From a virus, in the IMG/VR virus record IMGVR_UViG_3300042924_004713, positions 1 to 64,000 of that record: a stretch of 64,000 nt of DNA. One strand, written 5' to 3'. The notes beneath the pieces were generated by a model, which saw only the letters and a list, made by a program, of their open reading frames with translations, did not search any database and was not told the DNA's origin. How positions within the stretch are numbered: position 1 is the stretch's first letter; each line of letters starts with the position of its first letter. Shown one piece after another: positions 1 to 10,104 of this stretch. Made by a program: the position numbers and the translations under genes.

Positions 1-562
1 GTTCCAACATCTGCCTAGGAATATGATCTCTCACATAAGCTGAAATATCAGCGTAGTTTGAGATCAAATAATTTTTGTCAGGGTAGGTTTTTTGATAAAT
101 CAATTGGTTAGAGGGTAGTAGGTCAATCATTACTTCATATACTACCACAACGCTTTGAGCGTGTAACTTTTTGATACTTAAATCAAACCACTGTTGCTGA
201 CTCTCAATCACAGGATCTACATCTTCTGGTGTGAGAATTACAGGTTCAAGATTGGGTCGCTGATCTTGACTGGCCAAGTGCCAAAGTTCTAGCCTATTGG
301 ACAGAGCATGCGAAACCAAGGCTTCCACAAGATTTCTACGCACACTGTATATTGGTGTCACGTAGTCTAGCTCTTGTGGTGAAAAAAAGTTATGGCTATG
401 AAAACAGGTTGGAATGTTTTTAAGCCATTGGATTTTGTCTAGATCATCTTTACTTTCAAGATGCACTATCAAACTTTGATATTTTCTTCGAGCAATATAA
501 CTTGCTAATAACACCGAGCCTGTGCGGCCCGGTGTCAGTACTGCCACACTATTTTTAAACAT
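1..562 (-). CDS. Partial sulfotransferase-like (P-loop) protein, runs off the left edge
   Basis: Not in ORF track; ATG at 562 reads MFKNSVAVLTPGRTGSVLLASYIAR..., a PSB-loop-like RTGS motif, later HSH and RRNLVEALVS; TAAGTA just upstream on the minus strand. Confidence 0.55.
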   Translation of the reverse strand, partial: MFKNSVAVLTPGRTGSVLLASYIARRKYQSLIVHLESKDDLDKIQWLKNIPTCFHSHNFFSPQELDYVTPIYSVRRNLVEALVSHALSNRLELWHLASQDQRPNLEPVILTPEDVDPVIESQQQWFDLSIKKLHAQSVVVVYEVMIDLLPSNQLIYQKTYPDKNYLISNYADISAYVRDHIPRQMLE

Positions 563-569
563 CCTGTAC

Positions 570-1307
570 TTATGAGTACAATTTTAGGATGTCAGATATG
601 ATTGGGTGACGTCGAATATCGCGGGTGCCCATTTCAATAAGTGTTAGGCCATTGACTTTTTCGCTGCTGAGTCTGCGACAAAGATCCAGTAGACCGTTGG
701 TTTGGATATTCCGGTCCGCTTGTTCAGTGTCACCCGTAACTGTGATCTTGCTGTCCTCACCAATGCGAGTGAGCAGCATTTTGAACTGTGCAGGTGTGGC
801 GTTTTGCATTTCGTCAGCAATGATCCAAGATCGCTTGAAAGTGCGCCCACGCATATAGGCCAAGGGAGAGATTTCAATGATCTGATCTTCTATCATGCGA
901 GTGATATCTCGCTGGTGATAATATTCCTGCAGCACATCAAACAATGGACGAGTCCATGGCTCCATTTTGCTCACAAGATTACCCGGTAAAAATCCATGCT
1001 TTTCATCTTCAACGCCCACTGCTGGTCTAGTGAGAATCAATCTGTCAACCTGACGGCTGCGCAGTGCTCTAATAGCTGCCAGCATGGTCAGATAGGTTTT
1101 GCCAGTGCCTGCAGGGCCCACAGTGACCACAATGGGTGTGTTTTCATCTAGTAGATTAACCACTAGGCGTTCTTGATTTATGCTCTTGGGACGAAGTTCT
1201 ACGGTACGGTTTGAGTTGTGTTGGCTGGGGAAAAAACTTATGTTGTTTACATCTTGTTCTACCAGGGTCATGCGTTTTTGAGCTTTGGCTCCGCGGGCTC
1301 TAGACAA
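570..1307 (-). CDS. phoH: PhoH-family ATPase
   Basis: GPAGTGKT, LTRPAV, GFLPG, YMRGRTF, DEMQN, GDTEQAD motifs; start placed at TTG 1307 after SD AAAGGAGG. Confidence 0.95.
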   Translation of the reverse strand: MSRARGAKAQKRMTLVEQDVNNISFFPSQHNSNRTVELRPKSINQERLVVNLLDENTPIVVTVGPAGTGKTYLTMLAAIRALRSRQVDRLILTRPAVGVEDEKHGFLPGNLVSKMEPWTRPLFDVLQEYYHQRDITRMIEDQIIEISPLAYMRGRTFKRSWIIADEMQNATPAQFKMLLTRIGEDSKITVTGDTEQADRNIQTNGLLDLCRRLSSEKVNGLTLIEMGTRDIRRHPIISDILKLYS

Positions 1308-1468
1308 TTCCAATCCTCCTTTGATCATGTCGCTACCTCCATGGATATTTAGACTGTTGCGTAGGTCTATGTGTGCTGATGTATCTGCATGGTCAAGCAT
1401 CATAAGTAAAGAGCTTGTCAGTAATTTTCCTAAAACCCAGCACCTTGACAGAGTCAATAAATAAGAAC

Positions 1469-2071
1469 ATGGACAAAGACCTTTTTTCCGATCACAGAGA
1501 TTACTGGAACGTAGCCCAGAATATAAAAAATATCTACGTTAGTCAAAATAGCCTGCTGACTTTGCTGGACTTTGAGCGTGTGCTTGACGAACTGGATCTT
1601 TATGCATTTCGCAACTGGAGCCTGGGCGAGCTGGTGCAGGGACCAGATGTTGGAAAATACACCGTGAGCTGCACATTTATGTGGCCGGAAAAACTCATGC
1701 CTGATCCGCGTGGTGCCAAAAGACTGCTGCCATTTGACTGTAATATTGAATTCAAAAAAACCCAGATCAAAATTCCTGTGAAAATTCAAGATCCAGGTGA
1801 TTATATTCCTGGTACCAAGAAAGCACGTATCATAGAAAAACCCATTTGGCTTGTGGAAATCACCATGCCCAAGGCCTTGATCAGCGACATACGCACAGGC
1901 TCCGTGGAATTTGAAGACGAGGAAATAGATCTAGCAGATCTGGATCAAGCCTATGAAGACGACCTGGATCAAGAACAGTATCAAGATCAATCTGCCTCAC
2001 CTGCACAGCAGGCCTTGGCAGCACCGCAGGCTCAACCGCAGCCTGGTGCAGCAGGAGCGATCAATGTCTGA
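1469..2071 (+). CDS. Hypothetical phage protein with acidic/Gln-Ala tail
   Basis: ORF; ATG 5 nt after TAAATA (1458-1463). Confidence 0.7.
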   Translation: MDKDLFSDHRDYWNVAQNIKNIYVSQNSLLTLLDFERVLDELDLYAFRNWSLGELVQGPDVGKYTVSCTFMWPEKLMPDPRGAKRLLPFDCNIEFKKTQIKIPVKIQDPGDYIPGTKKARIIEKPIWLVEITMPKALISDIRTGSVEFEDEEIDLADLDQAYEDDLDQEQYQDQSASPAQQALAAPQAQPQPGAAGAINV

Positions 2072-2606
2072 TCTACAGCCAATTTTTGAATCCTTGGAAT
2101 ACAAGGATCTCGTGGGCATGATGAAACCCACTATTCACATCGATGAATTTAGCAGCAAAATGGGCGATGATGATGATGTGATTGTGATCAGTTTTTATCT
2201 GCGCGACCAGCAAGCCGCCAAGGATCTCATGAACTGGTTTGAAAAAGGCTATGATTTTGTACTAGACGCAGATAGATCGCCAGGTGAAATCAAGCCCAAC
2301 AGATATCTAGTGTACATTGAAATTCTGCGTCGTAGCACCGCAGGTGCCAAGGTGCAAGACCTACTACGAGATCTTGAAACACTCACAGAGTACAAACTAG
2401 ATGATTGGGTCATGCACTACGAGGGCAAGGAACAGCCATTTTCACGTGATGAATTTGATCAGCTGGTGCCGTTGACTCCTGCTGCATACCGCGCCAAAAA
2501 AGAATCAGATCTAAATGAATGGCGTCAGCGAGCTGGACTTGACACCAAACCTATACACGAAAGAGATAGGTTACTAAGACAGTTGCAGAACGCAGCAGGA
2601 ATCTAA
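2064..2606 (+). CDS. Hypothetical phage protein
   Basis: ATG 2064 after AGGAG; begins MSDLQPIFE. Confidence 0.7.
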   Translation: MSDLQPIFESLEYKDLVGMMKPTIHIDEFSSKMGDDDDVIVISFYLRDQQAAKDLMNWFEKGYDFVLDADRSPGEIKPNRYLVYIEILRRSTAGAKVQDLLRDLETLTEYKLDDWVMHYEGKEQPFSRDEFDQLVPLTPAAYRAKKESDLNEWRQRAGLDTKPIHERDRLLRQLQNAAGI

Positions 2607-2608
2607 AA

Positions 2609-2935
2609 ATGCTATTACTTGACTTGATCATGGAACAGACTATCACACAGCCACCTGGTAAAGTTCCAGCAGCTGGTGGAGTACCAGTGCCTCCCACTGT
2701 GGACACATCTGGTGATGCAGCCAAGGCAGTGATAGCCAGTCCAAAGCCTGCGCCCAGCACAGCCAAACCACAGCCCACTGGTCAACCTGCACAACAAGCA
2801 CAACAGGCCAAGGCCGCACAACCAGCTGCTCAATCAGCTGCCGCGGCACAGTCAGCAGCACAGGAAAGTCAGGCCGAACTAGAAGAGCGTGTGATGAAAC
2901 GCCTTCAACAGTTGGCTGGCATGCTAGGTCGTTGA
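2609..2935 (+). CDS. Low-complexity Pro/Ala/Gln-rich protein
   Basis: ORF contiguous with upstream gene; begins MLLLDLIME. Confidence 0.6.
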   Translation: MLLLDLIMEQTITQPPGKVPAAGGVPVPPTVDTSGDAAKAVIASPKPAPSTAKPQPTGQPAQQAQQAKAAQPAAQSAAAAQSAAQESQAELEERVMKRLQQLAGMLGR

Positions 2936-3664
2936 TTTAACATATTCAAAATACAGTCGGCTGTTGCTGTCTTTTTTAAAGGTAGCAAGATGCAGTGCAA
3001 ACTCAGTTTCAAATTGTTTTACTGTGGCAAAATCCCAAGGAAAAATATCTACCCAGGGTCCAGCAGCATGAGCAATGCCTGGATTCACCCGCAGGTACAT
3101 GTGTCCACCCGGCGTCAATAAATTCACACAGTGTGCGATCCGCGCCTGAATATCATCGCGACTGTTGAAATTAATGCTGCCAAGAGCAATGATATGATCA
3201 TGCGATTCAGGAGGCACCTGATATTCTAGAATATCCACTTGATAGTCAGCACAGTTGTTATAGGGATCAATACCTATTAGATTTTGAATTCGGCCTTTGA
3301 ATGGATGATATCCACAGCCTACGTCCAGCACTGACCGTGGATTGTGTTTGTTGATTTCGTCTGCCAGAGCCCAGCCTGTGTAGGTATATTCGTCGGTTCT
3401 AGGTTTCCAGATCTCTCCAAAGAATCTTGCACTGTAACGAGTGTCAAGGTCATGCACAATTTCATTCAGGGTGCCTACAAAATCACAGGAGAGCTGTAGT
3501 TCGCGTTCGATATTGTCTTTGAACTTTTTATATCGTGCAGGAGTCCATGGCAATGTGTGCACCTGTGTGCTTTGGTCAAACCCACTGGCCAAGTTTCGGT
3601 ATCTGGCTAGGCCAAAACTCTGCTGAAGATTTTCCAGTATCAAACGAAAAATTTTGGTATTCAT
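2924..3664 (-). CDS. Class I SAM-dependent methyltransferase with extra N-terminal helical domain
   Basis: VLDVGCG motif I, IGID, LLTPGG. Confidence 0.8.
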   Translation of the reverse strand: MNTKIFRLILENLQQSFGLARYRNLASGFDQSTQVHTLPWTPARYKKFKDNIERELQLSCDFVGTLNEIVHDLDTRYSARFFGEIWKPRTDEYTYTGWALADEINKHNPRSVLDVGCGYHPFKGRIQNLIGIDPYNNCADYQVDILEYQVPPESHDHIIALGSINFNSRDDIQARIAHCVNLLTPGGHMYLRVNPGIAHAAGPWVDIFPWDFATVKQFETEFALHLATFKKDSNSRLYFEYVKSTT

Positions 3665-3756
3665 TGAATTTTTTCTAAATGGACTAAATATTTGTACACA
3701 AAGCCGTAAAAAATTTTATCCCCTTGTGTTTCCACATATATATCCTAGGAGAAATC

Positions 3757-4455
3757 ATGTTAACAGGAAAACAATTTGTTGAAAAAATTCGTGCCGAAAA
3801 CTCAGCTCTGTTTGAGGCCAGTCGTCACAATGTTCGTGCCTACTTTGAAAGCCAGCCCAGCCAGCAAGAACTGGTAGACCATTTTGTTGGTCGCATGGTA
3901 AACGAGCGCATGAACATGGTAGAAATCAGCCAGGCCATTGCTAACCTGCCCGCTGACACTGATCCAGTTGAACTGCAATTGCTAACACAGCAGGCGCATG
4001 ACGAAGCTGTGCATTTCCGCATGGTCAAAGAAGTTATTGAACACATTCAAGGTTCAGAAGTTGATGTTGAAGCAGCCATTGCTCGTGAAACAGCCAAGCC
4101 CACTGCCAAGGGCGCTGGTCTATTGGAAAAATACGGCGCACAAAACGACGAAGCCGCACTGGCAGCATATCAGCTAGTGGCAGAAGGTCGTGCTGAAGCT
4201 GTGTGGAACGAAATGGCAGACTGCATTGAAGATCAATACATTGCCACTCGCTATGCTAAAATTGCTAGAGACGAAGGCTTTCACAGCAAGATTGGTGCAC
4301 GTAAACTGGCTCAATTGGTTGAAAGCGCAGAAGAACAAGCACGTATTGAAAAACTAGTGAGTGCAATGCGTCGTGATCTGTATGACATCAGCTGCCGTAA
4401 CACCACTGCGGCCGAAGCAGGTCGTAAGCTGGTATCAGAAGCCTACGGTTGGTAA
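3757..4455 (+). CDS. Ferritin-like diiron-carboxylate protein
   Basis: Two DExxH motifs (HDEAVH, RDEGFH), each preceded by a helix Glu; SD AGGAG. Confidence 0.8.
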   Translation: MLTGKQFVEKIRAENSALFEASRHNVRAYFESQPSQQELVDHFVGRMVNERMNMVEISQAIANLPADTDPVELQLLTQQAHDEAVHFRMVKEVIEHIQGSEVDVEAAIARETAKPTAKGAGLLEKYGAQNDEAALAAYQLVAEGRAEAVWNEMADCIEDQYIATRYAKIARDEGFHSKIGARKLAQLVESAEEQARIEKLVSAMRRDLYDISCRNTTAAEAGRKLVSEAYGW

Positions 4456-4456
4456 A

Positions 4457-5005
4457 TTGCGCATAGGACTTACACAACGAGTCCTATATCACAGAGGTAG
4501 GGCTTATGACTCACTAGAGCAAGTGTGGTACGAATTTCTAGATGGTCATAAGCTCTTTTTAATTCCCAATACCAAAGACTACGATTATCAAGAGCTGTGT
4601 GCAAATCTTGATTGTCTTATAATAACCGGTGGTGATGACAGTGCAGTGCGTAGACGCACAGAACTCAAGGTTGCCACTATCATGATGCAGAGTTTCAAAC
4701 CCATACTGGGCATTTGTCATGGTGCTATGTTGCTCACAGATGTGCTGGGAGGCACCGTGACTGGCACAGATGGACACAGTGACACTGTTCACGAAATAAA
4801 CTATGCAGGCAGACGTATCATGGTCAACAGTCATCATGATCAAACCATAGGACGAGCCCACAATGCTGCCCGGGTCTTGGCCACTGATGATGACGGAAAC
4901 TGTGAAGCCTGGATTGACGGATTATTGGCTGGAATAATCTGGCATCCAGAACGCATGAAAGCACCATTTATTCCAGCAGAAATTCAACAGGTAATAAAAC
5001 TATGA
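4457..5005 (+). CDS. Class I glutamine amidotransferase / peptidase C26-like
   Basis: ITGG, GICHG nucleophile elbow, NSHH, WHPE triad; TTG start inferred. Confidence 0.85.
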   Translation: MRIGLTQRVLYHRGRAYDSLEQVWYEFLDGHKLFLIPNTKDYDYQELCANLDCLIITGGDDSAVRRRTELKVATIMMQSFKPILGICHGAMLLTDVLGGTVTGTDGHSDTVHEINYAGRRIMVNSHHDQTIGRAHNAARVLATDDDGNCEAWIDGLLAGIIWHPERMKAPFIPAEIQQVIKL

Positions 5006-5664
5006 TGATCAATATTCAAGGTGTGTTTGAAACTCAGGATCGCTGGCCTTTGCGAATTATCAAACTAGAAACAGGCGAAAGTCGTGCGTTTGATTATACT
5101 CGTGGCACATACTATATCATGTTGCAGAATGCCAGTTACTACAGCGATAATGTCAAATTTGAAGATGTTGATGCTGCGCTGTGTGTTAATAATCACTTTA
5201 CAATCAAGTGCGCACGTGGCAGCGCAGTGGTCGTTGAATATCTAGGACTGCGTTTGCTAGAAAGTCGTTACTATGTTCAGGATCAACTAGGACAAGGTAA
5301 TTTAAGTTATATAGATGGTGGCACTAACACCACTGCGGTGAATCCAGGTAGACTGGGTGATCCTGTTATCAACTACGTTCATTTTCCTGCGGGCATGACG
5401 CAGACCCTACACACCCATCCTAGTCATCGTGTGGGCATGGTACTCAAAGGCCGTGGACTAGTTGAATTGGACAACAGCGATTTTCCATTAAAACAGGGTG
5501 ATGCGTTTTTTCTGCAGCGTAATGTTCTGCATAATTTTACATGTCCTTACGACGAAGACGTGGTTTTATTTGTGTTTGCTCCAGATTCGGGCACAGGTCC
5601 TACAGACGAAGTAAATCCATTAAAAATCCGTACCTATATTGGCCAACAACGATATGCCCGCTAA
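5002..5664 (+). CDS. Cupin-domain protein
   Basis: HTHPSHRVGMVLKGRG and GDAFF...NVLHNF cupin motifs. Confidence 0.8.
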   Translation: MMINIQGVFETQDRWPLRIIKLETGESRAFDYTRGTYYIMLQNASYYSDNVKFEDVDAALCVNNHFTIKCARGSAVVVEYLGLRLLESRYYVQDQLGQGNLSYIDGGTNTTAVNPGRLGDPVINYVHFPAGMTQTLHTHPSHRVGMVLKGRGLVELDNSDFPLKQGDAFFLQRNVLHNFTCPYDEDVVLFVFAPDSGTGPTDEVNPLKIRTYIGQQRYAR

Positions 5665-6316
5665 AAGACTATTGATCCTAACAGGGCCTCAGGGCTCTGG
5701 AAATCATGTGCTGAGTAGAGTTTTTTCCTGGCATCCTGAAGTGCGTGGCTGGGACGCACTGAAAAGCAATTATTGGGTACCCAGTGACCAAGAGCCATTT
5801 GCAGAATTTTGGGTGCATCCAGAGCGTTTGACTGCTGATTATTTTCGGGATCATCAATATTATTTTGCCAATGTGAGTGCACCATTTTTCTATGACGGTG
5901 TAAGACAGTTGCCAAAAATACGCGAAGTTGCTGAACGTGCTGAGAGTTTTGGCGTAGAGGTAGTAGTGGCCATAGTGAGTCGGGATAAAAATATCAATGC
6001 CTATCAACAAGAACGTGTGGGAGGTGAGGTCACGCTGTATTCTGCAATCGAATACTATCAATCCGAGCTGCTGGAAAACTTTGAATGTCATTTTATCAGC
6101 AATGAAACCTTTTTTCTTTGGCACACAAACTATCTACAGTACCTGTCACGGTTACTGAGATTCCCCATAGATCTAGAACACAGCACTGAAATGATTGATG
6201 CCAACCCCAACAGAAAATACGTGGCAGCAGTGATAGATCACTGGTTAGACAAACACATACAAGCCGGACGCAGAAAATTTGTGGATCGTGTGCTTGACAA
6301 ACTACAGGAGAAATAA
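5654..6316 (+). CDS. P-loop/sulfotransferase-like protein
   Basis: N-terminal LLILTGPQGSGNH. Confidence 0.5.
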   Translation: MPAKRLLILTGPQGSGNHVLSRVFSWHPEVRGWDALKSNYWVPSDQEPFAEFWVHPERLTADYFRDHQYYFANVSAPFFYDGVRQLPKIREVAERAESFGVEVVVAIVSRDKNINAYQQERVGGEVTLYSAIEYYQSELLENFECHFISNETFFLWHTNYLQYLSRLLRFPIDLEHSTEMIDANPNRKYVAAVIDHWLDKHIQAGRRKFVDRVLDKLQEK

Positions 6317-7171
6317 ATGGCAGAACGCATATTGGTCATGGGACTACCTGGTGCAGGTAAAACCTATTTCGCAGAACGCTTGAAACAGTATCTTGAGAAT
6401 CATGGTACTATCAACAATATTGACCCCTCAAGAGCCTTGAGCATGGAAAACTACATAGGTGATTATCGTGTGCAAGTGGACTGGTTCAACGCTGATGAAA
6501 TACGTCGCAGATTCAATGACTGGGATTTCAGCCGTGATGGACGTATTCGTCAGAGTCTGCGTATGTTTGAATTTGCCATGAAATGCTCGGGTGATTATGC
6601 CCTGTGTGATTTTGTGGCGCCTCTGCCGGAAATGCGTGCTAACTTCAAAGCAGACTGGACTGTGTGGATTGATACAATTGATGCAGGCCGTTATGAGGAC
6701 ACCAATCGTGCGTTTGTGCCTCCCGAAGTATATGATTTTAGAATCACAGAACAGCATGCTGAACGTTGGGTGGAGTTTGTAGGTGAACACATACTAGATC
6801 AACGTCGTAGGCCTACGTTTGATTATCGCCGAGAAACAGTGCAGATGCTGGGACGTTGGCAACCTTGGCATAAGGGACATCGTGCGCTGTTTGACAGGCT
6901 GATCACACGCACCGGACAGGTGGTAATTCAAATACGAGATGTACAAGGCTGGCAGGGATCCAATCCATTTAGTTTTGAACAGGTTCGTGAAAGAATTCGC
7001 AGAGATCTAGATCCCCTGTATCAAGGACAATATCTAATTCAGCTGGTGCCAAACATCGTACACATTGGCTGGGGTCGCAACGTGGGCTACACCGCAGCAG
7101 AAGAAATATTTGATGATGATATTAATTGCATCAGCGGCACTGCGATCAGAGCACAAATGGGCTTGAAATGA
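6317..7171 (+). CDS. Adenylylsulfate-kinase-like domain fused to HxGH nucleotidyltransferase domain
   Basis: MGLPGAGKT P-loop, NADEIR, DFSRDGR, FVAP (CysC-like); C-terminal GRWQPWHKGH and ISGTAIR. Confidence 0.75.
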   Translation: MAERILVMGLPGAGKTYFAERLKQYLENHGTINNIDPSRALSMENYIGDYRVQVDWFNADEIRRRFNDWDFSRDGRIRQSLRMFEFAMKCSGDYALCDFVAPLPEMRANFKADWTVWIDTIDAGRYEDTNRAFVPPEVYDFRITEQHAERWVEFVGEHILDQRRRPTFDYRRETVQMLGRWQPWHKGHRALFDRLITRTGQVVIQIRDVQGWQGSNPFSFEQVRERIRRDLDPLYQGQYLIQLVPNIVHIGWGRNVGYTAAEEIFDDDINCISGTAIRAQMGLK

Positions 7172-7806
7172 AATATATTTTTGTAACAGGTGCGCCGGGT
7201 AGTAAATGGAGTTCGGTAATAAAAAATATCTACTACAGCCGTGACATAGATCGTTCGGATTTTAGTCATGCCCGCACCTACTATCATGATGCCAACGGAC
7301 ACATGGATTTGATGCATCTGGGCAGCTATTTTGACCCTGGCATGGAATTTGGCGACTGGTTTGATCGCATTGAAGGACACACTCGCAAGGAGTGCGAGGC
7401 AGAATTTGATCGGCCTTTTTCAGGCACAGGCGTTAGAATTATTCGCAGTCATGTGTTTGCACACAACATAGCGTATCTACGCACACACTGGCCTGACTCG
7501 CCGGTGATCATGGTACATCGTTCCGATGACGCCTGCCTGGGCTGGTGGGTAAAATGCGGACATTTTGATATTACCTATCCAGACTACAGTGCATACTACA
7601 AAGACCTGCGTGTGATGGCGCATCGTATTGAACAGCAAAATGGTGACATCAGCATGGTATGGCGACAGCAACCTGGTGTTGAACCCAAAAACAACATCGA
7701 GCTGTGTGCTGCTCTGGGTATTTCGGCTCCCACTCTTTCCTCGCACAAGCAGGTATATGAATATCATGACATCGAAGTAAAAGTCCTGGGAGCAAGAAAT
7801 GTCTAA
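7168..7806 (+). CDS. P-loop/sulfotransferase-like protein
   Basis: YIFVTGAPGSKWS, IIRSH, VIMVHR pattern. Confidence 0.45.
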   Translation: MKYIFVTGAPGSKWSSVIKNIYYSRDIDRSDFSHARTYYHDANGHMDLMHLGSYFDPGMEFGDWFDRIEGHTRKECEAEFDRPFSGTGVRIIRSHVFAHNIAYLRTHWPDSPVIMVHRSDDACLGWWVKCGHFDITYPDYSAYYKDLRVMAHRIEQQNGDISMVWRQQPGVEPKNNIELCAALGISAPTLSSHKQVYEYHDIEVKVLGARNV

Positions 7807-8473
7807 CGATTCAAGTTCTTGGCAGTGGTGCAAACAGCGCAGCAACTATCATTTTGATAACACAACATACGATCAAGCAGGCGATTACATACATCTCATG
7901 GGCAGGTTTGTGGGCGACTGGTCTCAGGAACTTGATCAGGTGCTGCAACAAACTCACAGTGTGACCTGGAGCACTCGCAAGAATTATCAAGGACAGTCTC
8001 GTGTGAGTCCTATGTTGGCTCAAGAGCTCTATGACCTTGAGTCAGTGGGAGCCGATCCTGATCTAGTGCTCACTGATCGCATGGATTATCCGGATCAAGT
8101 GCCTGTGTTTGCTCGCATGATTGAATACTTTGGCATGGAAAATTGTCGTAGTCAGATACACATACAACGCACCGGACAGATGTTTAATCTACACATAGAC
8201 AAACTGTATGAATATGCAGACCGTGCTGAAGATGTGTTTAGATTTGTTGTGATGCTCGCAGACTGGGAGCCCGGACAGTTTTACTGCTATGGAACCTATC
8301 AATACACACACTGGCAGGCCGGAGACTTCCACTGGTTTGATTGGCCCAACGTTCCACATGCCACTGCCAATGCCAGTCACACACCGCGACCCACACTGCA
8401 AATCACAGGGCGTGCCACTGGTATTACCAAACAACGGATCAATCAATTACATCTGGACCCGGTGTTTGTTTGA
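7799..8473 (+). CDS. Fe(II)/2OG oxygenase-like (double-stranded beta-helix) protein
   Basis: HID...H metal triad (LHIDK, PHATAN) and RxTLQITG. Confidence 0.65.
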   Translation: MSNDSSSWQWCKQRSNYHFDNTTYDQAGDYIHLMGRFVGDWSQELDQVLQQTHSVTWSTRKNYQGQSRVSPMLAQELYDLESVGADPDLVLTDRMDYPDQVPVFARMIEYFGMENCRSQIHIQRTGQMFNLHIDKLYEYADRAEDVFRFVVMLADWEPGQFYCYGTYQYTHWQAGDFHWFDWPNVPHATANASHTPRPTLQITGRATGITKQRINQLHLDPVFV

Positions 8474-9606
8474 TCAGAATCATGTTCCAATAGTGGTACG
8501 TCGTGAAAACGCCTGAGTTCCTGGCGACTGTGATCCAGTAACTGTTGTTCGGTATAGGGTTCACCAAGGCCTCGACTTTCTACCCACTGATTATACCATT
8601 CAACTGATTGGTCAAAATTGCGTGTGAGCAGTTTCTTTTCCAGCATGGTTTGTAGTTTGATAGGCACGTTGCTTACCAGAATCTTGTGGTCAACCAGTTC
8701 ATCTATGGCCTGTTGACTTTTTTTGTAGTTCAGCGCATTGTCACGTAGAAACACTTGGTCACGACTGCTGAGTGTGGCCACGGCTTCTCTTACTGTGCGT
8801 GGTGGTGTGGGCAGCGCACGGTCTTGTGATGGCCCAGGCAGCAACAGAGTACGATCATGTTCTAGTCTGGCTCCCACTGCACTCATGTCACTCACTAGAT
8901 AATGACATCGATTCCAGTCTCCAAACTCTATACCAAACATGTTGTTCCAGCTCAAGCGTTGAGTCTGATTTTGGAAAATATCTAGACCTAGGATATAGCT
9001 TTCGATATTTTTCATGTGAGTATCATATTGAAAGTAACTGTTCACATGAAAGTGTCGGTCGCACCAGTCTAGATAGTCTCTATAGGCGTCAAGATATTTC
9101 CATAGATTGGTACGATCAACAGTGATGCCATGCTGATAGAGATCTGCTAGGGTCTCAAACTTTTGCTCATGACTATAAACATTCAGTTGTTTGGTCTTGG
9201 TCACTATACACCAGCTCAATGCATGCTCGAATAGATTTTCCCTGCGAGCACTGATGATGTAAAAATTGTCATTGAGATATTGATAAAAAGGAATCTGCTG
9301 TGCTAGACTGTCTTCACGATTGCGCAGATGATACAGAGCAAGCCTAGAAGTCTTGTAGTGCTTGACACTGTCAAGCAGTGTGGTTATCTGCTCTAGAGTC
9401 TGAAAATATCCATACTGTCCTTTTTCTTTGCTTTTGCCCAGCACCTCGGTACGAAACACCGGACTGTAGTATTTGATAATTCCGTTGGTGAGCTCGTGAA
9501 GATTGATCACTGGTTGATCAAATTCATGAAACTGCATGTAAATGGTAATTAAACGCTGTAAAAGTGTGCTGCCCACACGATCTGGCGTAAGTATAAGAAC
9601 ATTCAT
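8443..9606 (-). CDS. Sulfotransferase-like protein
   Basis: LILTPDRVGSTLL PSB-loop-like start; RRENLFEHALSW resembles the 3'-phosphate-binding motif. Confidence 0.55.
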   Translation of the reverse strand: MNVLILTPDRVGSTLLQRLITIYMQFHEFDQPVINLHELTNGIIKYYSPVFRTEVLGKSKEKGQYGYFQTLEQITTLLDSVKHYKTSRLALYHLRNREDSLAQQIPFYQYLNDNFYIISARRENLFEHALSWCIVTKTKQLNVYSHEQKFETLADLYQHGITVDRTNLWKYLDAYRDYLDWCDRHFHVNSYFQYDTHMKNIESYILGLDIFQNQTQRLSWNNMFGIEFGDWNRCHYLVSDMSAVGARLEHDRTLLLPGPSQDRALPTPPRTVREAVATLSSRDQVFLRDNALNYKKSQQAIDELVDHKILVSNVPIKLQTMLEKKLLTRNFDQSVEWYNQWVESRGLGEPYTEQQLLDHSRQELRRFHDVPLLEHDSDQTNTGSRCN

Positions 9607-9648
9607 GGTAGTTGATTACTTAGTGAATTTTTTCAAGGTGAACACAAG

Positions 9649-10104
9649 ATGTTTTGGATAATTTCTTATTTGCCCAGCGACCTACTGTCAGCTATTGGTC
9701 TTATATTGCTGGGCGCAGGCGTGTTGATCACTGCCCTGGCATCATTGATAAAATTTGTGCCTGTGATCAATATGTATCGTTTGCACTTTCAAGTCTTGGG
9801 TGTGATCATACTGTTGGCAGGTGTGTATTTGCGTGGTGTGTTTGAAACTGAAATAGTCTGGCGAGAACGAGTACGAGTAGCAGAAGAAAAAGTTCGAGCC
9901 GCAGAAAAACAAGCCCAAGAAGCCACTGCACAAGTGGTCACAGAATATCGTGATCGGGTGAAAGTTGTAAAGCAAAAGGTTGAAGTTGTGAAAAAAGAAA
10001 TACAGGTTCAACGCGAGGTTATCAATGCCGACTGTAGACTGAATCCCACTGCTGTGGATCTTTATAATCGCAGTATTGCTGCGCCTGTGGAGAACAAAAA
10101 ATGA
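9649..10104 (+). CDS. Membrane-anchored coiled-coil protein, putative i-spanin (Rz-like)
   Basis: N-terminal TM helices, coiled coil, C-terminal Cys; overlaps a lipoprotein gene; near endolysin. Confidence 0.6.
   Translation: MFWIISYLPSDLLSAIGLILLGAGVLITALASLIKFVPVINMYRLHFQVLGVIILLAGVYLRGVFETEIVWRERVRVAEEKVRAAEKQAQEATAQVVTEYRDRVKVVKQKVEVVKKEIQVQREVINADCRLNPTAVDLYNRSIAAPVENKK

Noticed and set aside
1308-1457. Long N-terminal extension of PhoH given in the ORF track
   Set aside because: A strong SD and a TAAATA motif point to the TTG at 1307; the extension overlaps the divergent promoter region
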